A model generated the notes under the pieces. It saw only the letters and a list, made by a program, of their open reading frames with translations. It had not been told where the DNA came from and did not search any database. A stretch of DNA of 63,944 bases, counting the filler, from Thelocarpon superellum (lineage: Eukaryota): assembly GCA_026025795.1 (NCBI GenBank). It is 7 parts of 7 records of this genome, joined end to end, with 100 filler letters (N's around TTAATTAATTAA, not from the genome) between each part and the next. Parts side by side here need not be neighbours in the genome. Positions count along the whole stretch, not along the records: positions 39,062 to 48,628 come from JAPEUG010000560.1; positions 48,729 to 58,288 come from JAPEUG010000561.1; 5 more parts are not named here. The stretch is one strand, 5' to 3'. The position numbers and the translations under genes are program-made. This document shows, piece after piece, positions 47,351-58,388 of the stretch (its first letter is position 1; the number at the start of each line of letters is the position of its first letter).

Positions 47351-48448
47351 TCATTTCTCTGCCTTTTCATTCTCCTTCTCCTTCTCCGTCCCCCCCCCCT
47401 TTCCACGTGCTGAACGAGGGTGCCCGCGAGGTAATTGGCCCTGACTCTTCAGTTTGCGCTCTTCGGCTGCCACCATGTCTGTCTCACCCCACCACGAACG
47501 CATTAGCATGGTCACGAAATACTAGAAGAGGAAAAAGACCAGCACGGAGAAGGATGGATCAAGCTCACCCCGCCATAGATCCTCCCCTTCGTAGGCCTCA
47601 TGATGGATGCGCTTCTCAATGAGATGCTTATGCTCCGGATCATCCGGATCGAGGATCGTCACCGTCTCCCACCGCCCCTTACCCTGATTGGCGTCGCCCA
47701 GCTCAAACGCCGCCGTGGCGATGAGAACGGCCAGCGTGAGCCCCTGCGCGTACACACGCGCCTGCACGAGCTTCTGCGCAGTCGTCAGATACGGGTTCCG
47801 TCCCACCAAGCCCAGCGCAATCCCCATCGACGCCACCCACGACCCCGCGACGATGGGATACCGGTGCTCGCGCCCCCAGTCGAACAGTCGCTTTGAGTAG
47901 GTCTCTTGGGCTCGCGCTGCCGCTAGCGCTTCTGACGAGGCGTCCCGGTAGAGTTCTTCAGGGTGTCTGTTGGTTCGTGCGGCGCGTTAGCTCCATGAGG
48001 GCATCTTCCGCGTGGATCATCGGGGACACGTCGACGGACCGCTGCTTCTCGAAATCGCGGGAGTATTTATCGGCCGACACAATGGCGGCGAACGTGCCTA
48101 TCGAGGTAGTCAGCGGGAAAGTACTCAACCTACGGACCGATGAACTTGTGGAACAGTCTGTGCATCTACCACCTACCAGTTGAGGTGACCAGAAAGGTTC
48201 GCAGAGGCAAGGTCAAGCTTCGAAAAGCCGGGAAGCGGACACTGGCGGCATAGACAGCTCCGGTCCCGAGCGCCAGGCCTACCAGCCCGCCCGTGATTCC
48301 ACCTTTCAAGGTTGCATTGTAATGTGCCTCTTCTCTGCATTGCGAGATATCAATTAGCGCGATGAAGGCGTGGTGGAGAAACACCCTACACAGGAGCATC
48401 GGGCAGACCGGGAGGAAAGACCTACTCTTCCTTGGTCAGGATCTTCAT
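47351..48448 (-). CDS. RCF2: Respiratory supercomplex factor 2 (HIG1 domain)
   Basis: MKILTKEE|EEAHYNATLKGG, FRSLTLPLRTFLVTST, QKLVQARVYAQGLTLAVL, GEDLWR|DMVAAEE; several introns. Confidence 0.88.
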
Positions 48449-48628
48449 CTTTCCTCCTCTCGCTCGCAATCTCCTTTGCTAACAGCGTAGCCGGACTGGT
48501 CGAGATGCAGCAATGACACGAATTCTCCGTCGAGCACTGAGAGGTACGACCAGAGAAGGTCTCCTTGGCTCGCAAACCTCCACCTTGGAATTGAGGTGTT
48601 TTGAGGTGGATTGGCCGACCGGGCGTCC

Positions 48629-48728
48629 NNNNNNNNNNNNNNNNNNNNNNNNNNNNNNNNNNNNNNNNNNNNTTAATTAATTAANNNNNNNNNNNNNNNN
48701 NNNNNNNNNNNNNNNNNNNNNNNNNNNN
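48629..48728. other. Artificial contig linker
   Basis: 44N-TTAATTAATTAA-44N. Confidence 0.98.
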
Positions 48729-48955
48729 GCAGCTGGTACACGAAGCGGGCGAGCCTCGCGGCGGTGTATAGCAGCGCGGAGCTGTTCATGACGCAGGACG
48801 CGTCGGCTGACTTCGTCGACACCCGCGCCTTTCTCGATCGCAGACTCTCAGACGTGCAGGCGCTCGGAAAGGGCGTTGCGGAGATGGGGGCCTGGTTGGC
48901 CTTTTCTGGCCAGGCTCTGACGAATGTTCTGCGGTCCAAGGGTATTCGTATGTAG
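48729..48955 (+). CDS. COQ9: Ubiquinone biosynthesis protein Coq9, C-terminal fragment
   Basis: SWYTKRASLAAVYSSAELFMTQDAS.DF.DT..FLDRRL. Confidence 0.9.
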
Positions 48956-49107
48956 TCTTGTCTACATGAGTGTGTATGTCTCTGGATCTACCTCCGACCG
49001 TCGATGAACATGTACATGGATCCTCATTCACCAACCAACACCCAAACTCCCTTCATACCGCCTTGCTCCCTCAGCTCTGCATGGTGAGAAAGAGGAAGCA
49101 AGCGGAG

Positions 49108-50880
49108 TTACATCCAAAGACAAAGCTTCCCGCTGGCCGTCGCTCCCGCAATCCAATCGACGGAGGGATGAAATTGCGCGACGGCCGGCACGGCGGTGAT
49201 ATCGTCGCCGCCCAGTTGCGCCAGCTGCTCCCCCTTGGCCGTGTACACGTCGACGTAGCGGTTCATGTTGCCGATGCAGAGTTTTTGGATTCCGTCGGGC
49301 GGGTGGAGTTGCCATTGTGCTCGCAGGCTGCGTTTCACAGACACACACGTCAGATCAATGCGCATGTTCTTGGATCGTTCCAAGGAGGGAGGGAAGTGAG
49401 GAACTTACATTGTCACCCATCGGCCAGTCTGGTTGTTGTGTCGAATGATCGTCTTGGGCTTCATGACGTCTTCCGTGAGCGGGTGGCCGGCCTTCCAGTC
49501 AGCGCAGCCGGCGAAATCGTGGATCTTGATCGTGTCGTCGTAGCTCGAGGTTGCGATCTGGCCGACGGAGTTCCAATTCGCGTGGCTGACGCTCAGACGG
49601 CTCTCGTGCTCGCCGAGGAAAGCGGGTTCCTTCCCGACTCCGCTCATCTTGCGTAGATCCCAAAGCTTGAGCTTGCGGTCTAGCGACGCCGTGGCCATTT
49701 GGTGCGCATGGAGCGGATGCAGTGAGAATCCCCCAATCTTCTTCTCGGACAGCGGGACTCGCCATGTCCCGCCTGCGTTGCTGGCTGGCGCGCGCATGTC
49801 GTGCCGGCCAAATGTGCCATTCAATGTGCTGAAGTACAGGGTTTGCGGCGCGCTGGCTGCAACGTCAATTGCGGAGATGGGCTCGTCCTCGTCTGCGTCG
49901 GCTGGGGCGTAGACTTCGGTCGCTTTGGACCCGCGGAGATCTAACGATCGGATGCTGGAGTCGTACGAGGCCGTCAGAAGCGTCGAGGAGTCGGCGGGCG
50001 GGAACAGAAAGGACGAGATGGTCCGCGTGTGTAGATGCAATGTCGTGATGTCTGGGACGGCCTCCTCCGTCTCGTCGTCGTCGTCGTCGTTGTCGCCCTG
50101 CTCCTCCTTGACGGTGTTGCCCGTTTGAGACCCGTCGAAGATGCCCACGTTGCCCATCTTGTCGCCTGCAAACACCAGCGGCTTGTCGGGGTTCGGATGA
50201 AAGGCGAGCGCATACTGGAATTCGGTCAGATGAGGGACGACGCGGAAGAAGTGGGGTCCACCTACCACTCGTTCGGGCGTGATTTTGATCTCTGTAATGT
50301 GGTGTCCTCAGCATCGCATCCGACTACTCTCCTCCGGTGTACACTTACGATTCGGTGTGAACCCCTCATATAGCTTCAGTCCACTCATCCTTTCCCGCAG
50401 CGCTTTCAGCTCCTTGTCCCCCGTGGTCTTGATATCGGCCTCGGTGAAAGTTCGCGCATATCGGGGCGTTGAGTATGCATCGACCAGAAAGTTCTCGGAC
50501 TTGTCCCATGTCTTTCCCGCCACGACAATGTCACTGAGGTTGAGGTCGCCCCCGACTCGCTGCCGCTTGGCCTTGGCGGCCTGCTGGATAGCGACGTATT
50601 CATCCTCCGCTTTTCGCTTGGCGACCTCGCTGTCAGCCTGCAGACCGGCCAGCCGTGAACTGGTACGCCGGGGAGCAAGTTCGGCAGCTTCCTTCTTGAC
50701 TGGCACACGAGCCCTTCGCTGTGATGCAGTCGCGGCCGGCTTCGATTTCGCCTTGGCGGGGGCAATGCCTAGGCCGGCAGACTCGAGTTGCAACTTCTGC
50801 AGTAACAACTTGTTCTGCGCAATGTTGGCTGCTCGTTGAGCCTCGTATTCATTTTGCTCGGTTTGCACATCTTTCGCCAT
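49108..50880 (-). CDS. CMR1: WD40 DNA damage-binding protein Cmr1/WDR76
   Basis: [72 protein letters not shown]; three introns. Confidence 0.93.
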
Positions 50881-51212
50881 GACAATCGAGCCACTGGAAT
50901 GCTCTTTCGTGAGGTGTTGTGGCGCTTTGTCGTTCCTCGATGTCGAGTTCAGGCACAAGTCAAGAAACGTGATCGCGTGCAGGCCAGACGCGTTAATTGC
51001 CGTCTGCTTCAGTTAGCCGACCGGGGCGCCGGGGCGCGTCGTGCTAAGACGAAGCCGGAGACGTACCTAAGTCAGGTCGGATCGTTAGTGCGGCAAAGCT
51101 CGCGAGAGCTCGCAGAAATGTTGAGCATCGAAGCGACAAGTAGCTGACTTCAATCTTCAATCTTCAATCTTCACGTCACGTCACGATCAATTCATCTCGG
51201 ATATCGGATGAG

Positions 51213-52667
51213 ATGCGGCCTCAGGCTTCTCGAGCTCTGCTCCGGGCTTGCACGCCCTGTGCATCGCTGATCTTCCTCCCATTCCTCTACCAGACTCGAA
51301 CTCTGACCTCCTTACCCTCCCGTCGCTCGATTGCACAAGAGAAGACGCACAAGAGCTACGGGGCATTTGGCGAGCACCGGCGAGCCCCACATGCACCCGA
51401 ACAACCAGATGACGAGGTTTCGTCCGAAGAGCCTATCGCAATTCCCTACCGGAAGCCCAGCTCTACCATCACGGCGTCAGAACGAGCGATCTTCACCCGC
51501 ATCTTCAAGGACATTATCGATTCCGCCGGCCGTACGCCGCGTCGCCGACGCCCGGCCCCGGAAGCCCGGCCTGGCACATCTCTGAGCGAAGGGGTAGAGG
51601 GTGAGCCTGCCTCTGACGACGCAGACCCGTCCATGTCCGATGCCACAGAAACACTCGATTCCATCTTTGCACCGGCCCTGCAAGCAACGTCCAGGGCCCC
51701 GGCCCGCTTCGGCGTCTCTTTTGTTCCTTCCCAGAAGGAGCCGGTAAAAGACCGGCAGGAGTCGGACCAGCAAGCGCTGGCTCGATATCCAGCAGCGTTA
51801 CGAGCAGCAGCAGCGCGCGCCACATCAGTATCTCGCGGACGATTAAGGAGACAGGGACAAGACCAGGCCAACGAAGACACGGCCGCGACGGAAGAAGCTC
51901 ATGCCCAGGCCATCTCCCAGCAGCGGCTGGAGGAAGTACAGCGGATTGAAGGCCTTCTGCGAGCCGCGCCAACCGACTTTGCCCTATGGAACGTGCTAGA
52001 CCGTGAGGTGTTTTCTATGATCGGCAGCCTAGGCCTAGATAAGGTCAGCAAGTCCACGAAGCGTCGCACCAAATCGACCCCATCAACTCCCCCAGTCAAT
52101 AAGTCCCCTGGTCAAGAGCCAGACAGCATGACGCGACTGGCGATCGTGTCCTCGATCTACCCGCAGCTGCTCCTCCTCGCGATGCGAATCCTACAGCACG
52201 ACTTCCGCAGCCCGTCCGCGTGCCTGGCGCTACTCGCGCAGATCAAAGCGCTCGGACCCATCTCGCACGTTCTCGGCGCCAGCACGGCGATCTACAACGA
52301 CATCCTCCTCCTGCAGTGGAAAGCGTACGGCGACCCCGGCGCGGTGGCGAGCACGCTAGACGAAATGGACGCGACGGGCGTGGAAGGCGACGCGGGGACG
52401 GCAACGGTGGTGCATCGGATCCTGGAGGAGCGGAAGAAACAACTCCGGCTGCAGCGATGGAAGGGCCGGCCCACGACGCCCGCGATGCTGTACGCGCTCG
52501 AGAGCTACCTTGTTGGATTCGGATCGCTGAGCCGTTGGAGAGCGGTATTCCGAGCGAGGGTGGCGGCGGCGGCGGCGGCGCAGAAGATGGAAAGACAGGA
52601 GGAGGGGGAAGGGGATGAGGAAGAAGAGTATGAGGAGCCAGCAGAGACGAAGGTGACGTCCAGATAG
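51213..52667 (+). CDS. Mtf2-like mitochondrial protein
   Basis: Presequence-like N-terminus (FLPFLYQTRTL), STITASERAIFTRIF, TDFALW..L..EVF, IKALGPISHVLGAST.IYN. Confidence 0.7.
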   Translation: MRPQASRALLRACTPCASLIFLPFLYQTRTLTSLPSRRSIAQEKTHKSYGAFGEHRRAPHAPEQPDDEVSSEEPIAIPYRKPSSTITASERAIFTRIFKDIIDSAGRTPRRRRPAPEARPGTSLSEGVEGEPASDDADPSMSDATETLDSIFAPALQATSRAPARFGVSFVPSQKEPVKDRQESDQQALARYPAALRAAAARATSVSRGRLRRQGQDQANEDTAATEEAHAQAISQQRLEEVQRIEGLLRAAPTDFALWNVLDREVFSMIGSLGLDKVSKSTKRRTKSTPSTPPVNKSPGQEPDSMTRLAIVSSIYPQLLLLAMRILQHDFRSPSACLALLAQIKALGPISHVLGASTAIYNDILLLQWKAYGDPGAVASTLDEMDATGVEGDAGTATVVHRILEERKKQLRLQRWKGRPTTPAMLYALESYLVGFGSLSRWRAVFRARVAAAAAAQKMERQEEGEGDEEEEYEEPAETKVTSR

Positions 52668-52759
52668 GCTGGGACGAGTGGACATTCCTCTGAACAGAGA
52701 ACAGACATGCTAGCAGAATCTAAGCCGCGAGATCCCGAAGAGCCACGAGATGTCCCGTA

Positions 52760-55700
52760 TCATCCCTGCTTCTTCTTCTCCTCCTTCTCCTGCTTCTCCT
52801 TCTTCTTCTCCACCTCGTGAGACGCTTGCATCTTCACATCCGCGATATCAATCACGACATGACGCCGCCGCCGCCGCCGCGATGTGACCTGACGGGCCTG
52901 ATTATTCAGCGGCGACGTGACGGAGCGTAATGTTACGGTCGAAGAGGCCGTCAGCGATCGCTTGCTCAGCGTGGTGCGTTCACCGTCTTCACGTTCGAGC
53001 TGCGCCGCGTCCGATCCGTGCAGGTCTTCTTCCCACTCGGGCGCTTCCTCGTCCGAGAGCACAATGGGCGCGTGGCGATGATCCAGAGGCGTCCCGTTGA
53101 TAGGCCTGGCGGCGCCGACATGCCTCGTCGCTTGGTGCCACTGCTCCACCCACGCATGCCGCATCGTCCTCGCCCCTGCCGCCGCCGCCGCCGCCTCGTC
53201 CGGTCTCGCGAGCCATGCCTCGCGGAGCGAGAGGCCGAGCGCGAGGGCCACGGTGCGCGCGACGCTGTTGCCCACAATCTTCCATTGGTCCGACGGATTA
53301 CCGATCAGGACCTCGTGGTCCGGGTATCCCTGCGCTCGTCGTTGCTCCATGACCGACAGGAGACGATGCTGCTCCCAGTGGAGGATAGTCCCCGTGAAGG
53401 CACACGTCGGATTAGCCGCGGTGGTGACGGTCGGCATCAGTCCATGCGGCGACACGCGTTGCCACGATCTCGAACTCGCCTTGACCTTGTGCAGGTTGCC
53501 CCACTTGAAGTTGTCGATTTGGGGCCGGCCTAGCCGACGACGTTGGTAGGCCAGCATAAAAGTCTGCCCGTGGGGCGCCACGGGGATCTGCGTGAGTTGG
53601 ATCCGCTGTAGATTCCGCTCCACGCGCGTACATCGATGGTCGGGATGCGAGATGCACGTCTGGGATCGCGCGTCGCCGATGAAGGGGAGGTCGCTCGTTG
53701 CGTCTTTGGCCGTGACGTACGCAAACGGGGTGGCCTCGAATCGTCGCTTGCCAAACGGGAGGTTGTTGGATGCCGTGCCGAGACTCCGATCCTTGATGCG
53801 CGACGGATGCGAGTGCGACAAGGCCGGGTGTTCCATGGGCACGAGACCTGGCGCCGTGATGGAGATGAAGAGCCGCGTTCGGCTTTGCGGGCTGCCGAAG
53901 CTCCAGGCATCCAGGGTGAACTGTTGCACCTGGTACCCCATGCCCGCGAAACACGCCACCAGCTGCGAGAAGACGTTCCGACTTTCTTGCCACGGTCCCG
54001 TGCGTGCCGCCATGCCGAGGACGTTTTCTAGCAGTGCGTGCTGCGGTCGGTAGAAATCGACAAACGAGGCCACAGATGCCACCAAGGACGCATTTTGCAG
54101 CGATTCCTCACTTTCTCGGAGTCGATTGGCGTTGGAGAAAGCAACACAGGGGCTGCCCGCCGCGATCAGATCGACCTGGCCGGGAGCGGGGATGGTGTCG
54201 CTGAATTTGCCCTCTAATGCACGGGCCAGGAAGTCGTTGACTGATCCATAGTACAGGGCGGTTGGATGGATGCGGTTGGCGTGGTAGGTGTGGATGGCCT
54301 CCCGATAATAGTCCACCGCCCATCGGTGCTGCACCGCCCCCCCTTCTGCCAGCCCTCGTCCGAAACTCCCGCCGCCACAGAACAAATCCAGGCCGTGGAG
54401 AACGTCGCGAGGCGGGGCAGCGGCCGGGTCAAAGGCTTGATGGAGTGAGGCGGGAAAGGGCGCCGTCAGCGGTCGGAGCTTGCCTTCGTTGAGGTGGCAT
54501 GTGATGAAGAATGCATCGGCCGTACCATTGCGATTGTAGGGCGGAGGGATCAATCCCGCCGCCTTCTCCCGCTGCGTGAAGAAGCGGACCAAGCATTTGC
54601 GGTCGACATGATCCAGACCGACGGAGATCAGCTCGTCCGAGTAGACTAATTCGTTCGGTGGAATGCTGCCACCACCACGACCGTCCCTCATACGTCGAAG
54701 CAGCTTGCGGAGGAGCACCGGCTCGGATAGCTGGACGATCTCGCCAGCTTCAAGTACGTCGGTGTCCCGTTTCATGAGGTACAGCACGGTGTCCCCGACC
54801 TTGTATTTCTCCTGAAAGACGCAGCGGTCTGATTTCGCCGTGCTTGGGCGGTGCACGCAACGGAGATGCTCCCTGGTCATCGTGGTGAACGCCGCGGCCT
54901 CGGTGTGGTAAAGTTGTCGGACAAAGTACTCGGCCCCGCTCTGGCCGGGGGAAGAGAAGAGGGCGACGGGGACGGTGCATAAAACCTCGTCCGGGTCGAT
55001 CGGCGTATCTCCGCAGTTACAATTGTCCGAGAAGAAGAGCTCATCGTGGTGCGGATAGTGCGTGGTGGAGCAGGTTGTATCTGACGGCCGGTACAACCAG
55101 ATCACGCCCAGGTATCTCCGTCCCGCGGCGTGCGGCTCAATGGCTTGCACGTAGGCAAACCAGATGGCGTCTGGCCCCTTCCACCTCGTCTCGACATCTT
55201 TTTCCACCCCAATGACATCGCCGACCTGGACTTTGTCGGGCCGCGTCATCGGCCGTCCTAGTTTTGACCAGCGAAGACGGGTCGGCGTGGGGACCGAGAC
55301 TTCGATCAGGGCCTTCGTCGGGGTGGAGACACGAGGCTTGATCGCCTTCAGGCACCGGGCCCACGGGAGGCGCTGGAAGCACTCGTAGACATAGGGAGTG
55401 ACCACGGTCGCATGCACGTGGCTGGGGTGCGCCTTGATCGCTGCCAGGTCCGTCGGCACGATCTCACCCCAGAGCGGATGGCGCCGGGTGCGTGGATCCA
55501 GGTTCCAGGCCTCGTTCCGTAGGAAGGCATGGTTGGATGCCACCGCGCGTCGGAAATCCGTGTCCCCATACTGTCTGAGCCAGACGTGGAAGGCGAGGTT
55601 CTCGCGGTGGAGGTCCACAATCTCCTGATAGAACTCCTGCTGGAAGCGTTGAAGGGCGACAGATTCGTGCCGGCAGAGAAAGTCGGTCACATGCTTGGCC

Positions 55701-56329
55701 AGTGAGGCCAGCCAGCAGAAGTCGTCATGATATCGTCGATATTCCGGGGCCGGGTCCCTCAGGCGATACCAGACCTCCGTCGCGCGTCTGCTGAGGAGAG
55801 CAGACTGAATGTAGATCTGCTCGTGTCCCCGCTCGGGATGCGGGGCGGCATCCCCGTAGTCCATGAGGGAGAGCCGACTGAAGGGGATGCGCTGCAGGTA
55901 CCGCCTGACCGGGCCTTCGCACACGATGCCGTCCAAGAGATAGTCATTGTTGGCGATTTTGGTGCACAGGTGATGGAGCGGCGCCATCTCATCCGGGTGG
56001 AAGCCTTGACTCGGCCGGTAAATGGTGAACCTCGTGACGTCGAAGCTCGAGAAGTCGTTGGAATCGACCGATTCGTGCGTGGCCGTCTCCATAACCCGCC
56101 CCTGCTCCTCCGCCAGGGCTTCCAGGGCCTCTTCCTCTGGCGAGGGTGGGAGGGGGGGACGCCAGCCTGCATAATGGGATTTGGGAAAGACCAGGTTAGG
56201 AAGTCTGACGCTTACCATATGGCCCGTGGACTTTGCGTGTTTGATGGGCAGTGCGGAGGGGGAGACATCGCCGCTGGAGTGTCTCTTCCTCTTCTTGCTG
56301 GGGGTGGAGAGGGTCTGACTGCGGGACAT
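52760..56329 (-). CDS. dim-2: DNA (cytosine-5)-methyltransferase, DIM-2 type, with BAH domains
   Basis: Motif I LDLFCGGG, motif IV GSPC, motif VI ENV, motif VIII PQSRTR, motifs IX/X RAQGYPD...VGNSV; BAH WLYRPSDT...ELFFSDNC; uninterrupted 1189-aa ORF. Confidence 0.92.
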   Translation of the reverse strand: MSRSQTLSTPSKKRKRHSSGDVSPSALPIKHAKSTGHMVSVRLPNLVFPKSHYAGWRPPLPPSPEEEALEALAEEQGRVMETATHESVDSNDFSSFDVTRFTIYRPSQGFHPDEMAPLHHLCTKIANNDYLLDGIVCEGPVRRYLQRIPFSRLSLMDYGDAAPHPERGHEQIYIQSALLSRRATEVWYRLRDPAPEYRRYHDDFCWLASLAKHVTDFLCRHESVALQRFQQEFYQEIVDLHRENLAFHVWLRQYGDTDFRRAVASNHAFLRNEAWNLDPRTRRHPLWGEIVPTDLAAIKAHPSHVHATVVTPYVYECFQRLPWARCLKAIKPRVSTPTKALIEVSVPTPTRLRWSKLGRPMTRPDKVQVGDVIGVEKDVETRWKGPDAIWFAYVQAIEPHAAGRRYLGVIWLYRPSDTTCSTTHYPHHDELFFSDNCNCGDTPIDPDEVLCTVPVALFSSPGQSGAEYFVRQLYHTEAAAFTTMTREHLRCVHRPSTAKSDRCVFQEKYKVGDTVLYLMKRDTDVLEAGEIVQLSEPVLLRKLLRRMRDGRGGGSIPPNELVYSDELISVGLDHVDRKCLVRFFTQREKAAGLIPPPYNRNGTADAFFITCHLNEGKLRPLTAPFPASLHQAFDPAAAPPRDVLHGLDLFCGGGSFGRGLAEGGAVQHRWAVDYYREAIHTYHANRIHPTALYYGSVNDFLARALEGKFSDTIPAPGQVDLIAAGSPCVAFSNANRLRESEESLQNASLVASVASFVDFYRPQHALLENVLGMAARTGPWQESRNVFSQLVACFAGMGYQVQQFTLDAWSFGSPQSRTRLFISITAPGLVPMEHPALSHSHPSRIKDRSLGTASNNLPFGKRRFEATPFAYVTAKDATSDLPFIGDARSQTCISHPDHRCTRVERNLQRIQLTQIPVAPHGQTFMLAYQRRRLGRPQIDNFKWGNLHKVKASSRSWQRVSPHGLMPTVTTAANPTCAFTGTILHWEQHRLLSVMEQRRAQGYPDHEVLIGNPSDQWKIVGNSVARTVALALGLSLREAWLARPDEAAAAAAGARTMRHAWVEQWHQATRHVGAARPINGTPLDHRHAPIVLSDEEAPEWEEDLHGSDAAQLEREDGERTTLSKRSLTASSTVTLRSVTSPLNNQARQVTSRRRRRRHVVIDIADVKMQASHEVEKKKEKQEKEEKKKQG

Positions 56330-56359
56330 GGGAGGAGAAGACGGAACACCGTCGACGAG

Positions 56360-56430
56360 GTCATTGTCAGAGCAGTTGTCGTCAGAGCAGTCGTCGTCAG
56401 AGCAGTCGTCGTCAGAGCAGTCGTCGTCAG
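56360..56430. repeat. 15-nt tandem repeat (GTCGTCAGAGCAGTC), ~4-5 copies, upstream of dim-2 ATG
   Basis: Direct repeats visible in sequence. Confidence 0.9.
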
Positions 56431-57301
56431 CGCGGTCGGCGGCATCGGTGATATGGAGGTGCGCTGCTGTTGAGCTCTTGGCCCTTGATTCACAGAGAAG
56501 CTAATGTCACGAGTACCAGCTCGTGGTCAGTCAGGTATTGCTTTGTCTAGCTAACATACCTAAGCTACTACTGTAGGAATCAGAGCTGAATTGCTAATCT
56601 ACGCGTAGTCTGGGATAGAAATAGGATTGTGCACGTGACCAGATCACACGCGCGCTCCTACACTACCATACTATGGTGCGCTGCCAGTCATTTGCACGTC
56701 AGGGTCACGTGGGTTCCCGCAGGTCCCTGCAGGTCAAGCAATCCTCGCCGCTGTGGTGTCCGAGACATCAGCCAGCGATCCCAGGATTATGACACCATCC
56801 TGCTGGCGCCCCGGTCAATCATCGGGCAAGGCCAAAATGGGCTGCTGATCCTCTCGCCAACGCGGTCGCCGCCTCTTCTCCTCGGTGGACTCCATCCTCA
56901 CTCGGCGGCTGTGGTGCTGTGCTCGAGCGCGTTGGGCATCTGTGGCGCGCGTGGTGTAGCTGGAGCGACGCCCGCATCACTTTTTGCCTTGGCGTGGTTC
57001 TCGTTGCCGGCATCCGGCCCGGTCGACTCTTTTTCCTTCTCGCGCGCCCCGTCCTTCCTTTCGGCCTAGACTAGACACGCCCCGTTGGAGTTCTATCTAC
57101 CCACCCGTTCATCATCACCATATGACACCCCTCTCGCTCTCGTCCTCTTCGCCCTATTTCTCATCATCCTGTTTACTTACAAGGAAGACTTTGAATGGCC
57201 ATGAAGCTCCTGCTTTTTCAGAGCCACGTTGCTGTCATGAAGCTTTTGTTCGATTGACTTCTTGGTTCAAGTAGTCGTCCTTCTGAGGATGACGGGAGTG
57301 G

Positions 57302-58288
57302 CTAGGCCAAGTCCACAACTAACTTCCGCCCGGACACCTTCTGTTGACGCAACCGGTCCAAGCCCGTCAAGAGCCCGTCGAAGCCCCCGGGGACCAGCTC
57401 GGTCGGTGGCGCCTTCAGCCAGGACGACAGCGACGGCAACAAGGCGTAGAAACGAGCCAGGGCGGCGCGGTCGTCCGGCTGCGCCTCGAACTTGGGCCCG
57501 GCCGGCGCAAACCATTGAAAGGCGCGGCCCATGAGCGTATATCCGATGAGCCTTTTGACCTCGACGCCCGAGGTCGTGGACGGGGTCGAGGGCCCGAGCG
57601 AGATGACCACCCCGCCCTTGGGTCCCATGGCCTTGGTGCAGAATTCCTGCGACCCGCCCTCGGAGATGCCGTCAAAGGCACAGGTCAAGTCGGGAAAGGC
57701 CGTTTTGATCTCGGCCAGGGCCGTATCGGATCGATAATCGAACGCCGCGTCGGCGCCATACCCTTTCACGAGGGCAAACGAGTGCGGCGAGCAGGTCGTG
57801 ACGACACGCAGGCCGGCGTGTTTGGCCATCTGGATGGCGTAGAGGCTTGCGCCCGTCGAGCCGGCGTAGACGAGGATGGATGGGGGCGCCTGGGCCTTTT
57901 CCGCCGGGGTCGCGTCTGGCCAGGGCACCTGCAGGAGATGGTAGACTCCGGCCATGCCGGTGATGGCCGACACGCCGTAGGTGGTGGCCTCGTGGTCGGA
58001 CACAGTCCCGGGCACCTTGACCGCCAGGTCCGCCTCCACCTTGAGATATTGCGCGAAGCTACCCCGGTCGGGATACAAGCCGCCATGCACGACGCCGGCG
58101 ATGCGATCGCCCGCCTTCCAGCGAGACCTGGCCCCTGGACCGGCGCCTACGACCGCCACCTCGCCCGCGTAGTCGCATCCGATGATGCTGTGCGCCGGCG
58201 CGATCTTGTCGATGTGCCTCCAATCGGTTGGGTTGAGCGCCACACTGCGCACCTTGACCAACACCTCTTCGTCCGTGATGGACGGCAC
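57302..58288 (-). CDS. MDR-family enoyl reductase-like oxidoreductase (LovC/ToxD-like), 5' truncated
   Basis: VALNPTDW, GCDYAGEV, GSFAQY, LVYAGSTG, TTCSPHSF.LVK.YGAD, VSGRKLVV. Confidence 0.88.
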   Translation of the reverse strand: MPSITDEEVLVKVRSVALNPTDWRHIDKIAPAHSIIGCDYAGEVAVVGAGPGARSRWKAGDRIAGVVHGGLYPDRGSFAQYLKVEADLAVKVPGTVSDHEATTYGVSAITGMAGVYHLLQVPWPDATPAEKAQAPPSILVYAGSTGASLYAIQMAKHAGLRVVTTCSPHSFALVKGYGADAAFDYRSDTALAEIKTAFPDLTCAFDGISEGGSQEFCTKAMGPKGGVVISLGPSTPSTTSGVEVKRLIGYTLMGRAFQWFAPAGPKFEAQPDDRAALARFYALLPSLSSWLKAPPTELVPGGFDGLLTGLDRLRQQKVSGRKLVVDLA

Positions 58289-58388
58289 NNNNNNNNNNNN
58301 NNNNNNNNNNNNNNNNNNNNNNNNNNNNNNNNTTAATTAATTAANNNNNNNNNNNNNNNNNNNNNNNNNNNNNNNNNNNNNNNNNNNN
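58289..58388. other. Artificial contig linker
   Basis: 44N-TTAATTAATTAA-44N. Confidence 0.98.

Noticed and set aside
46501..47622. 373-aa ORF with poly-Glu (and poly-Lys/poly-Phe ORFs in other frames)
   Set aside because: Produced by GAA, CAC and CACGAC microsatellites; overlaps real exons of flanking genes.
56167..56215. Intron-like GTAAGC...CCTAAC...CAG near the dim-2 N-terminus
   Set aside because: Removing 49 nt would shift the frame of an otherwise continuous ORF and does not join the uORF to the main frame.
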